Source of the DNA: an uncultured Candidatus Saccharibacteria bacterium
GTDB taxonomy: Bacteria; Patescibacteriota; Minisyncoccia; Phycocordibacterales; UBA1006
Direction: 5' to 3'
DNA length: 57,434 nucleotides
Assembly: GCA_964620085.1 (NCBI GenBank)
Contig: CAZUIQ010000003.1
Location: 16,912 to 74,345, forward strand
This document shows positions 35,841-45,660 of the stretch, one piece after another. A program made the translations under genes and the position numbers. Numbering within the stretch: the first letter of the stretch is position 1; the number at the start of each line of letters is the position of its first letter. Under the pieces are notes generated by a model that worked only from the letters and a program-made list of their open reading frames with translations, made no database searches and was not told where the DNA came from.

Positions 35841-36041
35841 ATGTCACAACAACAATACATTCGAACCCTCTATGATCAAATTGCTCGCCTGAATTTAATT
35901 ATTGATCGCAAAATCATGATTGGTAAAAGTTATAAGCTTGAGGCTCGTCATCACAAGGCACTTCTTATGAAAGTTCGTAAGTTTAAGAATCCTGGATTAT
36001 TTGATAGACTATCATCAGTGTTCTATCGAGAATATGCATAG
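35841..36041 (+). CDS. small hypothetical protein (66 aa) upstream of lexA
   Basis: The ORF lies between the SOS-box promoter and lexA and ends 15 nt before the lexA start. Confidence 0.4.
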   Translation: MSQQQYIRTLYDQIARLNLIIDRKIMIGKSYKLEARHHKALLMKVRKFKNPGLFDRLSSVFYREYA

Positions 36042-36056
36042 TTCGATTCACTCACT

Positions 36057-36632
36057 ATGAACAACGATCAAGCAAAAAAACTTATAGACTTTCATGCATC
36101 CAAGAAGCGCATGCCCACCTATTCTGAAATGATGGGACTTTTTGGGTTCAAGTCTAAAAATGCTGTATTCCGTCTCGTACAGAAATTCCTTGATGCGGGT
36201 ATTGTTGCTAAGGATGCTATGGGTCATCTCATTCCTACTCATATCTTCTCAGAAGTTCCTATGCTTGGATCAGTAAAGGCGGGCTTCCCTTCAGCTACCG
36301 AAGAGATGGTAGAAGAAACGATTAACTTGAATGATTTCCTTATCCAGAGACGTGATAGGACTTATATGATCGAGGTAGACGGTGATTCCATGATTGATGC
36401 GCATATTGCCGATGGTGATATGGTTATTGCCGAACGTGCAACCACTGCTCGTGATGGGCAGATTGTCATTGCGAACGTTGATGGTGAATTTACGATGAAA
36501 TATTTCAGATGTGACCCGAAAAATCCACAGAAGGCATGGCTGGAGCCGGCAAATAAAGATTTTGAAAATATTTATCCAGAAAACGGTATGGAAATTGTGG
36601 CAATTATTAAAGGTGTGGTACGGAAATACTAA
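36057..36632 (+). CDS. lexA: LexA repressor (S24 peptidase)
   Basis: N-terminal winged-helix region, cleavage region VKAGFP, catalytic Ser in GDSM and catalytic Lys in FTMKYF. Confidence 0.9.
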   Translation: MNNDQAKKLIDFHASKKRMPTYSEMMGLFGFKSKNAVFRLVQKFLDAGIVAKDAMGHLIPTHIFSEVPMLGSVKAGFPSATEEMVEETINLNDFLIQRRDRTYMIEVDGDSMIDAHIADGDMVIAERATTARDGQIVIANVDGEFTMKYFRCDPKNPQKAWLEPANKDFENIYPENGMEIVAIIKGVVRKY

Positions 36633-36946
36633 CACGTGGTACCGTTTGACTCAGGTGAGTCGTTGTGCTAAGATACTTCAAATTCAATTAATTGATGACA
36701 ATATTATTCCTAGCCATGATGTTCATGAGCCAAGGGCCTTATGACATCGATTATTTTTCATTTAGTAAAAATTACGTGGGCACTGAACAGTTATTTAGCA
36801 ATAGCAAAATAACTGGGCTGATGACACCCATAACAGCATTAGAATACGAGAGTATGCTCACACTCGTGAGGATACTACAAAGAAAACAGTGTCTTTCTAT
36901 TTTCTGGTGTACAACAGAAAGTGATCATCTGAAATGGAAGCCGCCT

Positions 36947-36984
36947 AAAATAAAAAGCCTGCTTGGAATTTTCCAAGCAGGCTT
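36947..36984 (-). terminator. rho-independent terminator (bidirectional hairpin) after trhO
   Basis: AAGCCTGCTTGG-aatttt-CCAAGCAGGCTT. The minus strand continues with TTTTTATTTT. Confidence 0.7.
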
Positions 36985-37004
36985 TTCTATAGTGTTATAA
37001 TATC

Positions 37005-37985
37005 TCAACTAAAGTCGGTATCGGTTTGTTTTGAAATGATCCTAGACAGTATACGCCTCCATGGAGATAGGTGCATATTGCAACGGTCTTTACAATAAAC
37101 CTTTCCGTGATTTGTAAGACAATCCTTACAAAGGATGACTTGTCCATGACACGAAACATTTTTACAGTCCACAACGTTTTCACTTGAAGCACTACACTCA
37201 ATACACTTCCCGATGACTGGATGATTTCCCTCGTCATAATCAATTACGACTCGGTTATCAAATGAATACATAGCCCCAAGGAAATTTTGTCCTGGATATT
37301 GTTCCATATACGAAACCATTCCACCATCGAGCTGATAAACATTTTCAAATCCTTTTTTCTTTAAATATCCGGAAGCCTTTTCGCAACGGATACCTCCCGT
37401 ACATACCGTAAGTACTTTCTTGTTCTTGAGTGACTCGAGCTCAGGAAGTACTTTAGGTAAGTCTCTGAAGTTTTTTAAACGAGGAAGTACTGATTCTGGG
37501 AAATGACCCACCTGGTGTTCATATTCATTACGCATATCAATAATCACAAAGTCATCTTCACCTTTGTTTTTCTTCTCAAACCACGTATGAAGTTCTTCTG
37601 GTCTGAGATGTGTTCCCGTGAGTTCATTTGGATTTACATCATCCTCACCCAGTCGCAAGGTTACAATTTCTGGTCGTACACGAATCTTAAGTTTTGGGAA
37701 TGAGTGACCGGTTCCTTGGCTGTATTTAATATGAGTGTGTGCAAATCGAGGATCACTCGTGAATTCCTGTACATAGGCATTAATACTTTCTGGGGTTCCC
37801 TCACAGGTACCATTAATTCCTTCTTGGGCGATGATAAAGCGTCCCTTAATACCAAGTTGCTCACAGAGAGCTTTGTGGGCGTCTCTAAAAGATTCAGGAT
37901 CTTCAAGAGGTACATACTTATAGAAAAGAATTACCACAAAATCCCAGTTTTTGATAATTGGTTTTGTTTCGAATGGGATTTGCAT
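37005..37985 (-). CDS. trhO: rhodanese-domain tRNA uridine(34) hydroxylase (UPF0176/YceA family) with a Cys-rich C-terminal tail
   Basis: ILFYKYVPLEDPESFRD, IIAQEGINGT, IDMRNEYEHQVGHF and CTGGIRCEKASGYL. Confidence 0.85.
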   Translation of the reverse strand: MQIPFETKPIIKNWDFVVILFYKYVPLEDPESFRDAHKALCEQLGIKGRFIIAQEGINGTCEGTPESINAYVQEFTSDPRFAHTHIKYSQGTGHSFPKLKIRVRPEIVTLRLGEDDVNPNELTGTHLRPEELHTWFEKKNKGEDDFVIIDMRNEYEHQVGHFPESVLPRLKNFRDLPKVLPELESLKNKKVLTVCTGGIRCEKASGYLKKKGFENVYQLDGGMVSYMEQYPGQNFLGAMYSFDNRVVIDYDEGNHPVIGKCIECSASSENVVDCKNVSCHGQVILCKDCLTNHGKVYCKDRCNMHLSPWRRILSRIISKQTDTDFS

Positions 37986-38003
37986 ACGTGATACGGATTA
38001 TAC

Positions 38004-38723
38004 TTATTTTTTCTGATATGTAAAACACACAAGATATTCTTGATTTCCATCACCTCCACGTACTGGGCATAGTTTTACTTCGTCAAAGATTCTAAGATTG
38101 TGTTTTTTTGCACAAGTTACAATATCAGTAATGATTTCTATTACGCGCATCTCATCTGTGACAATACCCCCTTTTCCTAAGAAATCTCTCCCTACTTCAA
38201 ATTGTGGTTTAATCAAAAGAATGACGTATCCGTCTCTCTTTGCAAAACGTGGAATTTCTGGAAGTATATTTTTAAGCGAAATAAATGAGGCGTCGCAGAC
38301 AATGAGGTCATATGTTTGAGTGTTTTGAAATACACGAATATCGGTTTGCTCGTACAGCGACACTTGTGGATTATTTCGTAATGACGGAGCGAGCTGTTCC
38401 GTGCCCACGTCTACCGAATCTACATGAAGTGCATTTCTTTGAATCAAACAATCAGTAAATCCCCCTGTTGATGATCCAATATCAAGGCAAGTCATACCAT
38501 TTGGATTGATCTGAAAGATATCGAGAGCGTATTCAAGCTTCAATCCTGCTCGTGAGACGTATTTAATAGTATCGTGAAGAGATAATTGGTCAGAGGTCTT
38601 TACATCATAATTTGGTTTTGTTACGGGAATGTTATTCACCAAAACGGCTCCATCCTTGATCAGGAGCTGCGCACGGCTTCGTGTGAGGTTCTGATGAGCT
38701 ACCAGATAGTGATCAAGTCTCAT
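38004..38723 (-). CDS. tlyA: TlyA-family rRNA 2'-O-methyltransferase (S4 domain plus FtsJ-like domain)
   Basis: MRLDHYLVAHQNLTRSRAQLLIKDGAVLVNN and DIGSSTGGFTDCL. Confidence 0.85.
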   Translation of the reverse strand: MRLDHYLVAHQNLTRSRAQLLIKDGAVLVNNIPVTKPNYDVKTSDQLSLHDTIKYVSRAGLKLEYALDIFQINPNGMTCLDIGSSTGGFTDCLIQRNALHVDSVDVGTEQLAPSLRNNPQVSLYEQTDIRVFQNTQTYDLIVCDASFISLKNILPEIPRFAKRDGYVILLIKPQFEVGRDFLGKGGIVTDEMRVIEIITDIVTCAKKHNLRIFDEVKLCPVRGGDGNQEYLVCFTYQKK

Positions 38724-38771
38724 GATGCTACCTTATCAAAAAACTACCCTTTTGCAAGGGTAGTTTTTATA

Positions 38772-39509
38772 TTAGGCACTCTGTGCTTCCTTCAGATTCT
38801 TCAGGTATTCGTAAAGTTTCACTTCGGCAAGTTTTGTAGTAGGAATAGTTACGAAGAGACCTACTACTAAACAGATCAGTCCAAGGAGATTTACGAGTCC
38901 GAGAACAATCATAAATCCAAAGAGTTTGAAGAATGCTCCCTTTGTGAGAGATCCTGATTTCTTGAAGATATCATGACTTGCTAATCCTTGATTATCGAGG
39001 ATTACATAATCAGTAAACCAATAGCGAACTTTGAAATAAACAGTGATAACTATAAATGCAATGACTCCTAAAATAATTCCCGTAATTGCAAGCCAAGTAA
39101 TACCTGTAGAAAATCCAATGATTGCCAAGAGTGCAAAGATGATTACTGCAGCAATTGCAAAAGCCAAAAAATATGCAAGATACCAGAGATAGGTTTTAAT
39201 AAAGACGAGCCAGAGCTTGGGTTCAGATTTAAAATCATTCCACAATGCGACTTGGTTACGAGTCAGTTTGAGAAAGACCTTTGACCATCCAATAGCAATA
39301 AGGAGCCCAATAAGTCCGACAAAAAACATTGTTAAAATTTCAATAAATCCTCCACGGTTCATGCGTGCACCGTTTTGAATAAGTTGAAGTAATATTTGTA
39401 CAATAACGGTTGCTAGTCCTGCGAGAATAATGAATTTTGTATGCTTTTTAAACAGGTGATATCCTGATGTAATCATCGCACCAAATGAAAATGATGTTTG
39501 TGTGTTCAT
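38772..39509 (-). CDS. polytopic membrane protein (DUF975-like, tentative)
   Basis: The likely start is MNTQTSFSFGAM at 39509. The track extension to 39647 runs into the tRNA gene and its terminator. Confidence 0.5.
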   Translation of the reverse strand: MNTQTSFSFGAMITSGYHLFKKHTKFIILAGLATVIVQILLQLIQNGARMNRGGFIEILTMFFVGLIGLLIAIGWSKVFLKLTRNQVALWNDFKSEPKLWLVFIKTYLWYLAYFLAFAIAAVIIFALLAIIGFSTGITWLAITGIILGVIAFIVITVYFKVRYWFTDYVILDNQGLASHDIFKKSGSLTKGAFFKLFGFMIVLGLVNLLGLICLVVGLFVTIPTTKLAEVKLYEYLKNLKEAQSA

Positions 39510-39588
39510 GGGGATAGTATACCGTGCTGTGCACTGCGAAGCAAATAAGGTGTCCTGCTTCGCTAAAGCTACGGCAGGATTACTACGC

Positions 39589-39608
39589 AAAAAGAACCCC
39601 GGAGGGTT
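39589..39608 (-). terminator. hairpin terminator downstream of the tRNA
   Basis: The minus strand reads GAACCC-tccg-GGGTTC then TTTTT. The stem can extend to about 16 bp (TACGCAAAAGGAACCC...). Confidence 0.5.
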
Positions 39609-39623
39609 CCTTTTGCGTAGTAG

Positions 39624-39696
39624 TGCGCGTGCTTGGATTCGAACCAAGGACCCTCCGAGTATCAGTCGAATGCTCTACCAACTGAGCTACACGCGC
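39624..39696 (-). tRNA. tRNA-Ile (anticodon GAU), 73 nt, no encoded CCA
   Basis: Hand-folded cloverleaf. Acceptor GCGCGTG/CACGCGC, D arm GCTC-AGTTGGTA-GAGC, anticodon arm TTCGA-CTGATAC-TCGGA, and T arm CTTGG-TTCGAAT-CCAAG. Confidence 0.85.
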
Positions 39697-39765
39697 ATGT
39701 GAAGAAAATCATAACAAATTTTCCTCTAAAAATCAAACAGATCCCTCTCCTTGAATAAGGAGAGG

Positions 39766-40698
39766 TTATTCTTCATCACTCTCCCCAACTTCCCCTGCCT
39801 GCAATGCCTCAATCATTTTATCAATATTTCCATTCATAAATCCTGGAATATTAGACCAAGATTGTTTGATACGATGATCAGTAATACGGTCTTGAGGATA
39901 GTTATACGTACGGATTTTTTCTGAACGGTCTCCTGAACCGATCTGGTTCTTACGGGTATCAGCATGTTTTTTTGCCTCTTCCTCGTCATGGATTTGCTGG
40001 AGCTTAGATTTCAAAAGTGCCAGAACACGTTCCCGGTTCGCAAGTTGTGATCGTTCTACGGTCGATCGGAATGAAATATTGGTTGGTTTATGAATGACAC
40101 GAACCGCTGTTTCTACTTTGTTTACGTTCTGTCCTCCAGCTCCTCCTGCTCGTGAGGTTTCGAATTCAAGGTCGGCTGGATTGATTTCTACGGTAAATTT
40201 CTGACGTACGGGCATTACCGCAACCGTTGCTGTTGAGGTGTGAATACGCCCCTGCTTTTCTGTTGCAGGAATACGTTGTACGCGGTGTACACCTGTTTCC
40301 CATTGTAATAACTTGAAACAGTCTTTACCCTTAATTTCTAAAGTAAGGTCATCAATTTTTTTACACGACCAGCCTTGTTTTGCGGCAAAACGTTCGTACA
40401 TTTCTGTAAGATTTTCTGCAAACAGTCCCCCTTCCTCTCCCCCTGCACCAGCACGTAATTCAATAACAACTTCATTGGGAAATTCTTCCTCCTCTTTTTC
40501 CTTATCAAGAATTTCTTGGAGCTGTGCCTCGAGGTTGTTTATTTGTTCTGCAATATTTTTCAAATCATCTGCAACAAGTTCGGTCATTTCTGGATCACTT
40601 GCAAGTGCTTCGGTCTCAGATTTCTGAGCATGCAAACGCTCCAGCTCGAGAGCTAGATAGTGAGTTCGTGGATTCTTTTTGAGTTCGTCGATGTTCAT
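39766..40698 (-). CDS. prfA: peptide chain release factor 1 (short form, 310 aa)
   Basis: The RF1-specific PAT tripeptide occurs in [18 protein letters not shown]. The GGQ motif occurs in [15 protein letters not shown]. Confidence 0.9.
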   Translation of the reverse strand: MNIDELKKNPRTHYLALELERLHAQKSETEALASDPEMTELVADDLKNIAEQINNLEAQLQEILDKEKEEEEFPNEVVIELRAGAGGEEGGLFAENLTEMYERFAAKQGWSCKKIDDLTLEIKGKDCFKLLQWETGVHRVQRIPATEKQGRIHTSTATVAVMPVRQKFTVEINPADLEFETSRAGGAGGQNVNKVETAVRVIHKPTNISFRSTVERSQLANRERVLALLKSKLQQIHDEEEAKKHADTRKNQIGSGDRSEKIRTYNYPQDRITDHRIKQSWSNIPGFMNGNIDKMIEALQAGEVGESDEE

Positions 40699-40732
40699 GG
40701 GTAGAAATAAATAAGTTATATGTTAGTTTAGC

Positions 40733-40834
40733 ACAAAAAAATCGCCCCTACGCGCCCGCGCGTACACCTTCTTTCTCGAACGAGTTTATCGAGTAAGAGA
40801 AAAAGGTGTGAGCGTGGAAAGCGAGGCGATTTTT
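40733..40834 (-). other. GC-rich extended imperfect hairpin with a U-tract between rpmE and prfA
   Basis: On the minus strand, AAATCGCCTCGC...ACACCTTTTTCTC-N19-GAGAAAGAAGGTGT...GGGGCGATTT is followed by TTTTTT. Confidence 0.4.
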
Positions 40835-40839
40835 GAGAT

Positions 40840-41055
40840 CTACTTTTTTGTGGTCTTCTTTGCAACTCGAGCCTTGAATTTTTCTGCTCGTCCTGCAACA
40901 TCCAATTGCTTGTCCTGTCCTGTATAGAACGGGTGGCAATTACTGCAGATTTCTACGTTAAATGACTCTACATTTGAACCTACGTGAAATTTGGCACCGC
41001 ATGCGCAGGTAACCTCGGTATCGTTAAAATAGGTTGGGTGAATATCTGTTTTCAT
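40840..41055 (-). CDS. rpmE: 50S ribosomal protein L31
   Basis: [28 protein letters not shown]...[10 protein letters not shown]. Confidence 0.9.
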   Translation of the reverse strand: MKTDIHPTYFNDTEVTCACGAKFHVGSNVESFNVEICSNCHPFYTGQDKQLDVAGRAEKFKARVAKKTTKK

Positions 41056-41105
41056 AGTGTTGTTATAGTAGCAAATTGTCTGAAATTGTCAAGAATTTGC
41101 CATGA

Positions 41106-42491
41106 TTATCGTGCAGATTCGATGATGTCGATATCCTTTTGAATAGTGGCTTTTATGTTCATAACCGAGTTTCCATAGAAGGCGTTCTGAACTCCAGGGA
41201 CACTACATCCACGCCCTGAATAGTACTTACACCCCGCATCACGCTGCCCTTCCTTATTTTGCCCTCCAAGGTCCTTCATGTAGATTGCAGTAGCCATAAT
41301 CGCGTGTTCTGGGTTCCAAGGGTTTGCGTGAGGTACCTTAAGGGCTGCCTCGATGCGTGCCTTTACCCCAAGCCATGTTGAAGGGATAAATTGAGATGGT
41401 CCAAGAGCTCCACCGTAATCAGAATATCTCCCATCAACTTTTTTAGCAGTAATCGGACACGAGAATTGCTGTTCTTTGTAATCAAAACCAAGATCCTTAA
41501 CTACTTGCAAGAATGGCGCAAGGTCTCGAGTTGGTTTCATAACATTTGGAATAATTTCTCCATTCGACAATCGCTTCCCTGTTCCTTGTAAATCAATTAA
41601 CACACATCCTCCATCGTATTTTCCAAAGTTGGATTCTTGTTTCAAAACCGCAAGAATGAAAGCCGTTTCTACACCCGTTGCTTTACTTGCCGTCTGAGCA
41701 TAGCGATACGCGTCTCCGAATGGAATTCCTTGTCCACCTTTGAATTTGAAGAGTGCCGCAGAAATTTTTGAAGCTTGTGCTTTCTTTTGGGCTAATAAAT
41801 CAGCATATGATTTTTCTTGAGCCTGACTACTTGCAAGGAGGGTTTTTTTGTCAGCTTGTTGAGACTCTGTTTTTTTCTTGTCCGTCTCGATTTGATTTTT
41901 CAAATTAGCTTGTTCCAGTTTATTTTTCTCCAAAGCCGCTTTTTCTTCAGCAGTTGTTGTGCGTACTCCTGTAATGACATTAACCGAATTCTGAATAGCT
42001 TTGTTAATTGATTGGAAATTATCAATATCTAAAAAGAATTCTGAAATTCTACGATTTATAAGGAGCATTTCTGTAAGACTGGTATTATCAATCTCATTCT
42101 TCTTTCTTAAGATCTGAGCAAGAGAATCTCGTTCGCGCTCAAGCTTTTCAGACAAGCTTTCAATCTTGCTTTGTTTTTGATTGATCTGAGTTCCCAACTG
42201 TTTGATAATTTTATTTTTAATATCGATTTGCTGAGCTGCTTTCTTGATCAGTGAATCAAGGAGTGCTACGTCAGAGGCGATTGTCGAAGATTTAGCTTTT
42301 TGCGAACTGAGCTGCTTTTCAGTTTCTTTACTTTCAGCATCACAAATAGCAAGGAGTTTTCTCAAGTCATCATCTGATCGCTGGATCGTGAGATCAAACG
42401 AAAGACATCCTGTTGCTGCAGCAACAGTAAAAGGGCTTCCAAATCCAAAGGAAATAACTACGAGACAAAATAAAAAGACGTACTTTCGCAT
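41106..42491 (-). CDS. secreted coiled-coil protein with a C-terminal lytic transglycosylase-like domain
   Basis: Signal peptide and a long coiled-coil region. The C-terminus has AVLKQESNFG (catalytic Glu context) and GALGPSQFIPSTW. Confidence 0.7.
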   Translation of the reverse strand: MRKYVFLFCLVVISFGFGSPFTVAAATGCLSFDLTIQRSDDDLRKLLAICDAESKETEKQLSSQKAKSSTIASDVALLDSLIKKAAQQIDIKNKIIKQLGTQINQKQSKIESLSEKLERERDSLAQILRKKNEIDNTSLTEMLLINRRISEFFLDIDNFQSINKAIQNSVNVITGVRTTTAEEKAALEKNKLEQANLKNQIETDKKKTESQQADKKTLLASSQAQEKSYADLLAQKKAQASKISAALFKFKGGQGIPFGDAYRYAQTASKATGVETAFILAVLKQESNFGKYDGGCVLIDLQGTGKRLSNGEIIPNVMKPTRDLAPFLQVVKDLGFDYKEQQFSCPITAKKVDGRYSDYGGALGPSQFIPSTWLGVKARIEAALKVPHANPWNPEHAIMATAIYMKDLGGQNKEGQRDAGCKYYSGRGCSVPGVQNAFYGNSVMNIKATIQKDIDIIESAR

Positions 42492-42511
42492 GTCTTGATA
42501 TTATACCTCTA

Positions 42512-43165
42512 TTATTTTGAATCTTCAACTGCATCATCCCCAGTTTCCTCCTTTTTACCTTTTTGTTCTACTTCGATAGCATCAAAGTCAATAGTTGTAG
42601 GTGTTTCTACTTCGTCAGCAATGACTGATATAAGCGCAACCACATCCTCCGCCTCGTATCCCTTGAGCTCCACACCTTTAGGAAGGGAGATGTCAGAAAT
42701 ATGGATTTGTGAATGAGTGTCAACCAATGATGAGATATCTACGGTAAGTGATTTTGGAAGGTTTGCAGGAAGGGCTTCAACTTCGATTTCATGAAGCGCC
42801 TTTTCAAGGATTCCGAGACCTGCTTTAACTGCTGGAGAAATTCCTACGAATTCAAGTTCAACCGTTACGGTAACCTTGGTGTTCTTGTCGAGTGCAAGAA
42901 GGTCTGCATGGATTACCATGTCGGTTCGAGGGTCGATTTGGAAATCATGGATAATTACGTCATGGTCTTCACCTGCGCCAGTTACGGTTACAGAGGTTGA
43001 TGATCCTGCAGATGCCCAAGCTTTCTTGAAAGCCTCGCGTTCAATGGTAATAGAAATAGGTGTAGTAATCCCTGATCCATAAATAACCGCAGGGATTTTA
43101 CCTGAGGCACGGAGAGTTGCTACGTTCTCGCTCGCTGTTCGATTGGTTGCTTGAAGTGTTGTCAT
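42512..43165 (-). CDS. rplY: 50S ribosomal protein L25/Ctc form with an acidic C-terminal tail
   Basis: Likely start MTTLQATNRTASENVATLRASGKIPAVIYG at 43165. The track extension to 43330 overlaps the neighbouring gene's terminator. Confidence 0.85.
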   Translation of the reverse strand: MTTLQATNRTASENVATLRASGKIPAVIYGSGITTPISITIEREAFKKAWASAGSSTSVTVTGAGEDHDVIIHDFQIDPRTDMVIHADLLALDKNTKVTVTVELEFVGISPAVKAGLGILEKALHEIEVEALPANLPKSLTVDISSLVDTHSQIHISDISLPKGVELKGYEAEDVVALISVIADEVETPTTIDFDAIEVEQKGKKEETGDDAVEDSK

Positions 43166-43202
43166 AGTGGTTCTACTATACAGATTTTCTAAAAAAATGC
43201 AA

Positions 43203-43231
43203 GAAAAAGCCCCTGGATTGCTCGAGGGGCT
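43203..43231 (-). terminator. rho-independent terminator
   Basis: The minus strand reads AGCCCCT-cgagcaatcc-AGGGGCT then TTTTCTTGCATTTTTTT. Confidence 0.6.
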
Positions 43232-43256
43232 TCTGATTCTGTTGCGGGTATCAGAC

Positions 43257-43850
43257 TTACGTTCCTTTTTTTGGTAGAAGAGGAGAAGTGCTTTTAAGAA
43301 TAATCGGAATCCACCGCATCCACTCGTCAAAATCTTCTTCGAATTCAGGCATTGCCAAATTGTTTTGTTGAGCTATAGCCTTGAAAAGTGCCACCCATCC
43401 TGATTTCATGTCACGCTCTGCTGTTTCCGCATTGGACATAGGGATCATTGGAAGTGTGTAAGATTTCAAATGATAATGAATAAGGTGAAAATTTTTCTTA
43501 GATCGCTCTAATAATTCATTAAATGATGCAGCGCGTTCGCTGATATTTGAAGGTTGGACTGTCCAATAGAGATTCTTTGCTGACTGTTCACTAAATATTG
43601 CAACAATCTCAGGCATTGTTTTACTGAAATAAATCAGTTTTCTCCAATAGGATAATGAAGACCGATGTGACTCTTCGCCACAAACCGGACAATCTCCATG
43701 ATAAACATGAATATCCCCTTTATGTCTACTGATCTCTTCACTGTAGTATAGTTTTAAACAATGCTCACAGATAAATCCATCTTCAGGCTTATTTATAAAA
43801 GCATCGACTTCTGATTTAGGTACCATAATATTTATTTTGTTTGAAAACAA
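43257..43850 (-). CDS. hypothetical protein with a CxxC...CxxC zinc-ribbon-like N-terminus (197 aa)
   Basis: CEHC...CPVCGE. No family recognised. Confidence 0.45.
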   Translation of the reverse strand: MFSNKINIMVPKSEVDAFINKPEDGFICEHCLKLYYSEEISRHKGDIHVYHGDCPVCGEESHRSSLSYWRKLIYFSKTMPEIVAIFSEQSAKNLYWTVQPSNISERAASFNELLERSKKNFHLIHYHLKSYTLPMIPMSNAETAERDMKSGWVALFKAIAQQNNLAMPEFEEDFDEWMRWIPIILKSTSPLLPKKGT

Positions 43851-43878
43851 AATACCACAGATGTGGTATTTTTACAAG

Positions 43879-45657
43879 TTATCGAATCTCCCACCCGTTC
43901 CCTTTCAGTTCAGCATAAATTGCATCCATAATCGGGGTAATTTCTTCCTCGGTTAAAGTTCGGTCAAATAATTGAAATACCATACGAAACGCCACAGATG
44001 TTTTTCCATCTTTGGTAAAGGTATCAAATAACCGTGGAGGAATTACCAATAGATCTCCTCCGTGTTTTTTTAAGATGTCGGATACTTGATCAGGATTCGT
44101 TGATTCAGAAACCCACACCGCAACATCACGCGTCATATGTGGATACAATGACCATGGTTTAAAGAGCGTATTTTTTACCTCATTTTTTATTTCAGAAACT
44201 TGATTTTTGAAAACATAGTCTTCAAGTTTCATTTCTCGCACCCCTTGTTTATCCGCAATTCCTACCAATACTTTTTCACCATCTTTCGTAAACACACTTC
44301 CGATTTCAAAAATTTTCATATCGTCAACATTCACCAGATCCTTGTTCATACGATTCATTTCAAAAGACTCTTTCAATCCATCCACAAGATTTTTTCGCAG
44401 CGCAGATTTTCCAACCGGACCTCGCGCAACCTCATAGTCACCTTTTTTACAGAAGGTATAGGTAATAACTTCGTGATATCCTTGAGTAATTAAATCAGAC
44501 CTCACGGCGTTTACTTGAGAAAATTGTGAATCATTTAACACATGCTTAGTATCAAGTTCCGGTAATACTGCTTGAATATTTCCGTAACCATACACCTTTC
44601 CAATTTCTTCTGCCATGTCATGAGCTCCTGTAATATCAATACGTTCATACGGCACAGTCAGGGTAATTTCTTCACCCGAGACAGTATAGGTATATGAGAA
44701 CCGATTCAAAATAGCCGCCATTTCTGAAACCGAAAGATTGGTTCCCAGTAATCGATTAATAGTTGATACAGAAAAAGTAACCGTTCGCTGTTCTGGAACA
44801 TGCGGAAATTCATCAACGGTTTCGGTTGGTTGTCCGCCTGATAATTCGGTAATTAAATCGGTTACCAGATGCATCGCATCATCACATAAAAACGGCGTAA
44901 TTTCGTTTTCGAAACGCTTGGTCGAGTCATTATGGATTCCACATTGCTGTGCTGTTTTTCGCACTGAAACCGCATCGAAATTTGCAACTTCGATGATAAT
45001 ATTTTTTGTATTTTTATCTACCTCAGCATATTTACCACCCTTTACCCCCGCAATTGCAAGCGGTTGGTCTGCCTGGTCATTAGTAATAACGGCATTGGAT
45101 TCGTTTAGCGGAACAAGTTTTCCATCCAAGGTCAGCATTTCTTCCCCTTCATATGAATGACGCACTATAATTTTTCCATTGGCTAATTTATCCGCATCAA
45201 ATGCATGGATTGGTTGACCCAAGGTAAACATCACATAATTTGTCGCATCAACCACATTATTAATACTGCGCGCACCGATTGATTCAAGTCGTTCCTTTAA
45301 CCAGTCAGGAGATTCGGTAACCGATACGTGTAAAATTTTTCGTGCAAGGTAACGATTACAGATATCAGTTTTCAAAGTAACCGAAACATCGCTTTGTGCC
45401 AAGGTGTGTTGTTTAAATTCTAAAGGTTTCAAAGTAAGCCCTAGAATCCCTGCGACTTCACGTGCCATTCCATAATGACCGAGACAATCATGGTTTCTAT
45501 CAGGAAGAGTCTTGATATCCAATACCTTTCCACCTTCATTTATCTCATCGGTATTCTCAACCTCAAAAGCACTGAAAATAATTTTTTCAGCAAGTTCCGA
45601 AACCTTCGGTAATGGCTCTACGATATATTCTTGTAACCAGTCATAGTTAATTTTCAT
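43879..45657 (-). CDS. pheT: phenylalanine--tRNA ligase beta subunit (short form, no N-terminal tRNA-binding domain)
   Basis: MKINYDWLQEYI start. B3/4 and B5 regions are recognisable. The C-terminus (FRMVFQLFDRTLTEEE) is anticodon-binding-like. It lies in a pheS-X-pheT operon. Confidence 0.9.
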   Translation of the reverse strand: MKINYDWLQEYIVEPLPKVSELAEKIIFSAFEVENTDEINEGGKVLDIKTLPDRNHDCLGHYGMAREVAGILGLTLKPLEFKQHTLAQSDVSVTLKTDICNRYLARKILHVSVTESPDWLKERLESIGARSINNVVDATNYVMFTLGQPIHAFDADKLANGKIIVRHSYEGEEMLTLDGKLVPLNESNAVITNDQADQPLAIAGVKGGKYAEVDKNTKNIIIEVANFDAVSVRKTAQQCGIHNDSTKRFENEITPFLCDDAMHLVTDLITELSGGQPTETVDEFPHVPEQRTVTFSVSTINRLLGTNLSVSEMAAILNRFSYTYTVSGEEITLTVPYERIDITGAHDMAEEIGKVYGYGNIQAVLPELDTKHVLNDSQFSQVNAVRSDLITQGYHEVITYTFCKKGDYEVARGPVGKSALRKNLVDGLKESFEMNRMNKDLVNVDDMKIFEIGSVFTKDGEKVLVGIADKQGVREMKLEDYVFKNQVSEIKNEVKNTLFKPWSLYPHMTRDVAVWVSESTNPDQVSDILKKHGGDLLVIPPRLFDTFTKDGKTSVAFRMVFQLFDRTLTEEEITPIMDAIYAELKGNGWEIR

Positions 45658-45660
45658 ATA

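Noticed and set aside
36692-37000. 102-aa plus-strand ORF downstream of lexA.
   Set aside because: Its C-terminus is encoded by the bidirectional terminator hairpin at 36955..36984, and there is no recognisable family, start context or promoter. The roughly 300 nt from 36640 to 36950 remain unexplained, and I could not identify any element in them.
39510-39647. N-terminal extension of the membrane-protein ORF 38772..39647.
   Set aside because: It overlaps the tRNA-Ile gene and its terminator hairpin. An internal Met at 39509 gives a sensible start. Similar upstream extensions were trimmed for 7090..7896, 7893..8381, 24067..24648, 29430..29861, 42512..43330, 47411..48889, 52376..53017, 52922..53416 and 55482..56573.
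40748-40939. 63-aa ORF overlapping the rpmE 3' end and the GC-rich hairpin.
   Set aside because: It overlaps L31 in another frame and is encoded largely by the hairpin. It is treated as non-coding.
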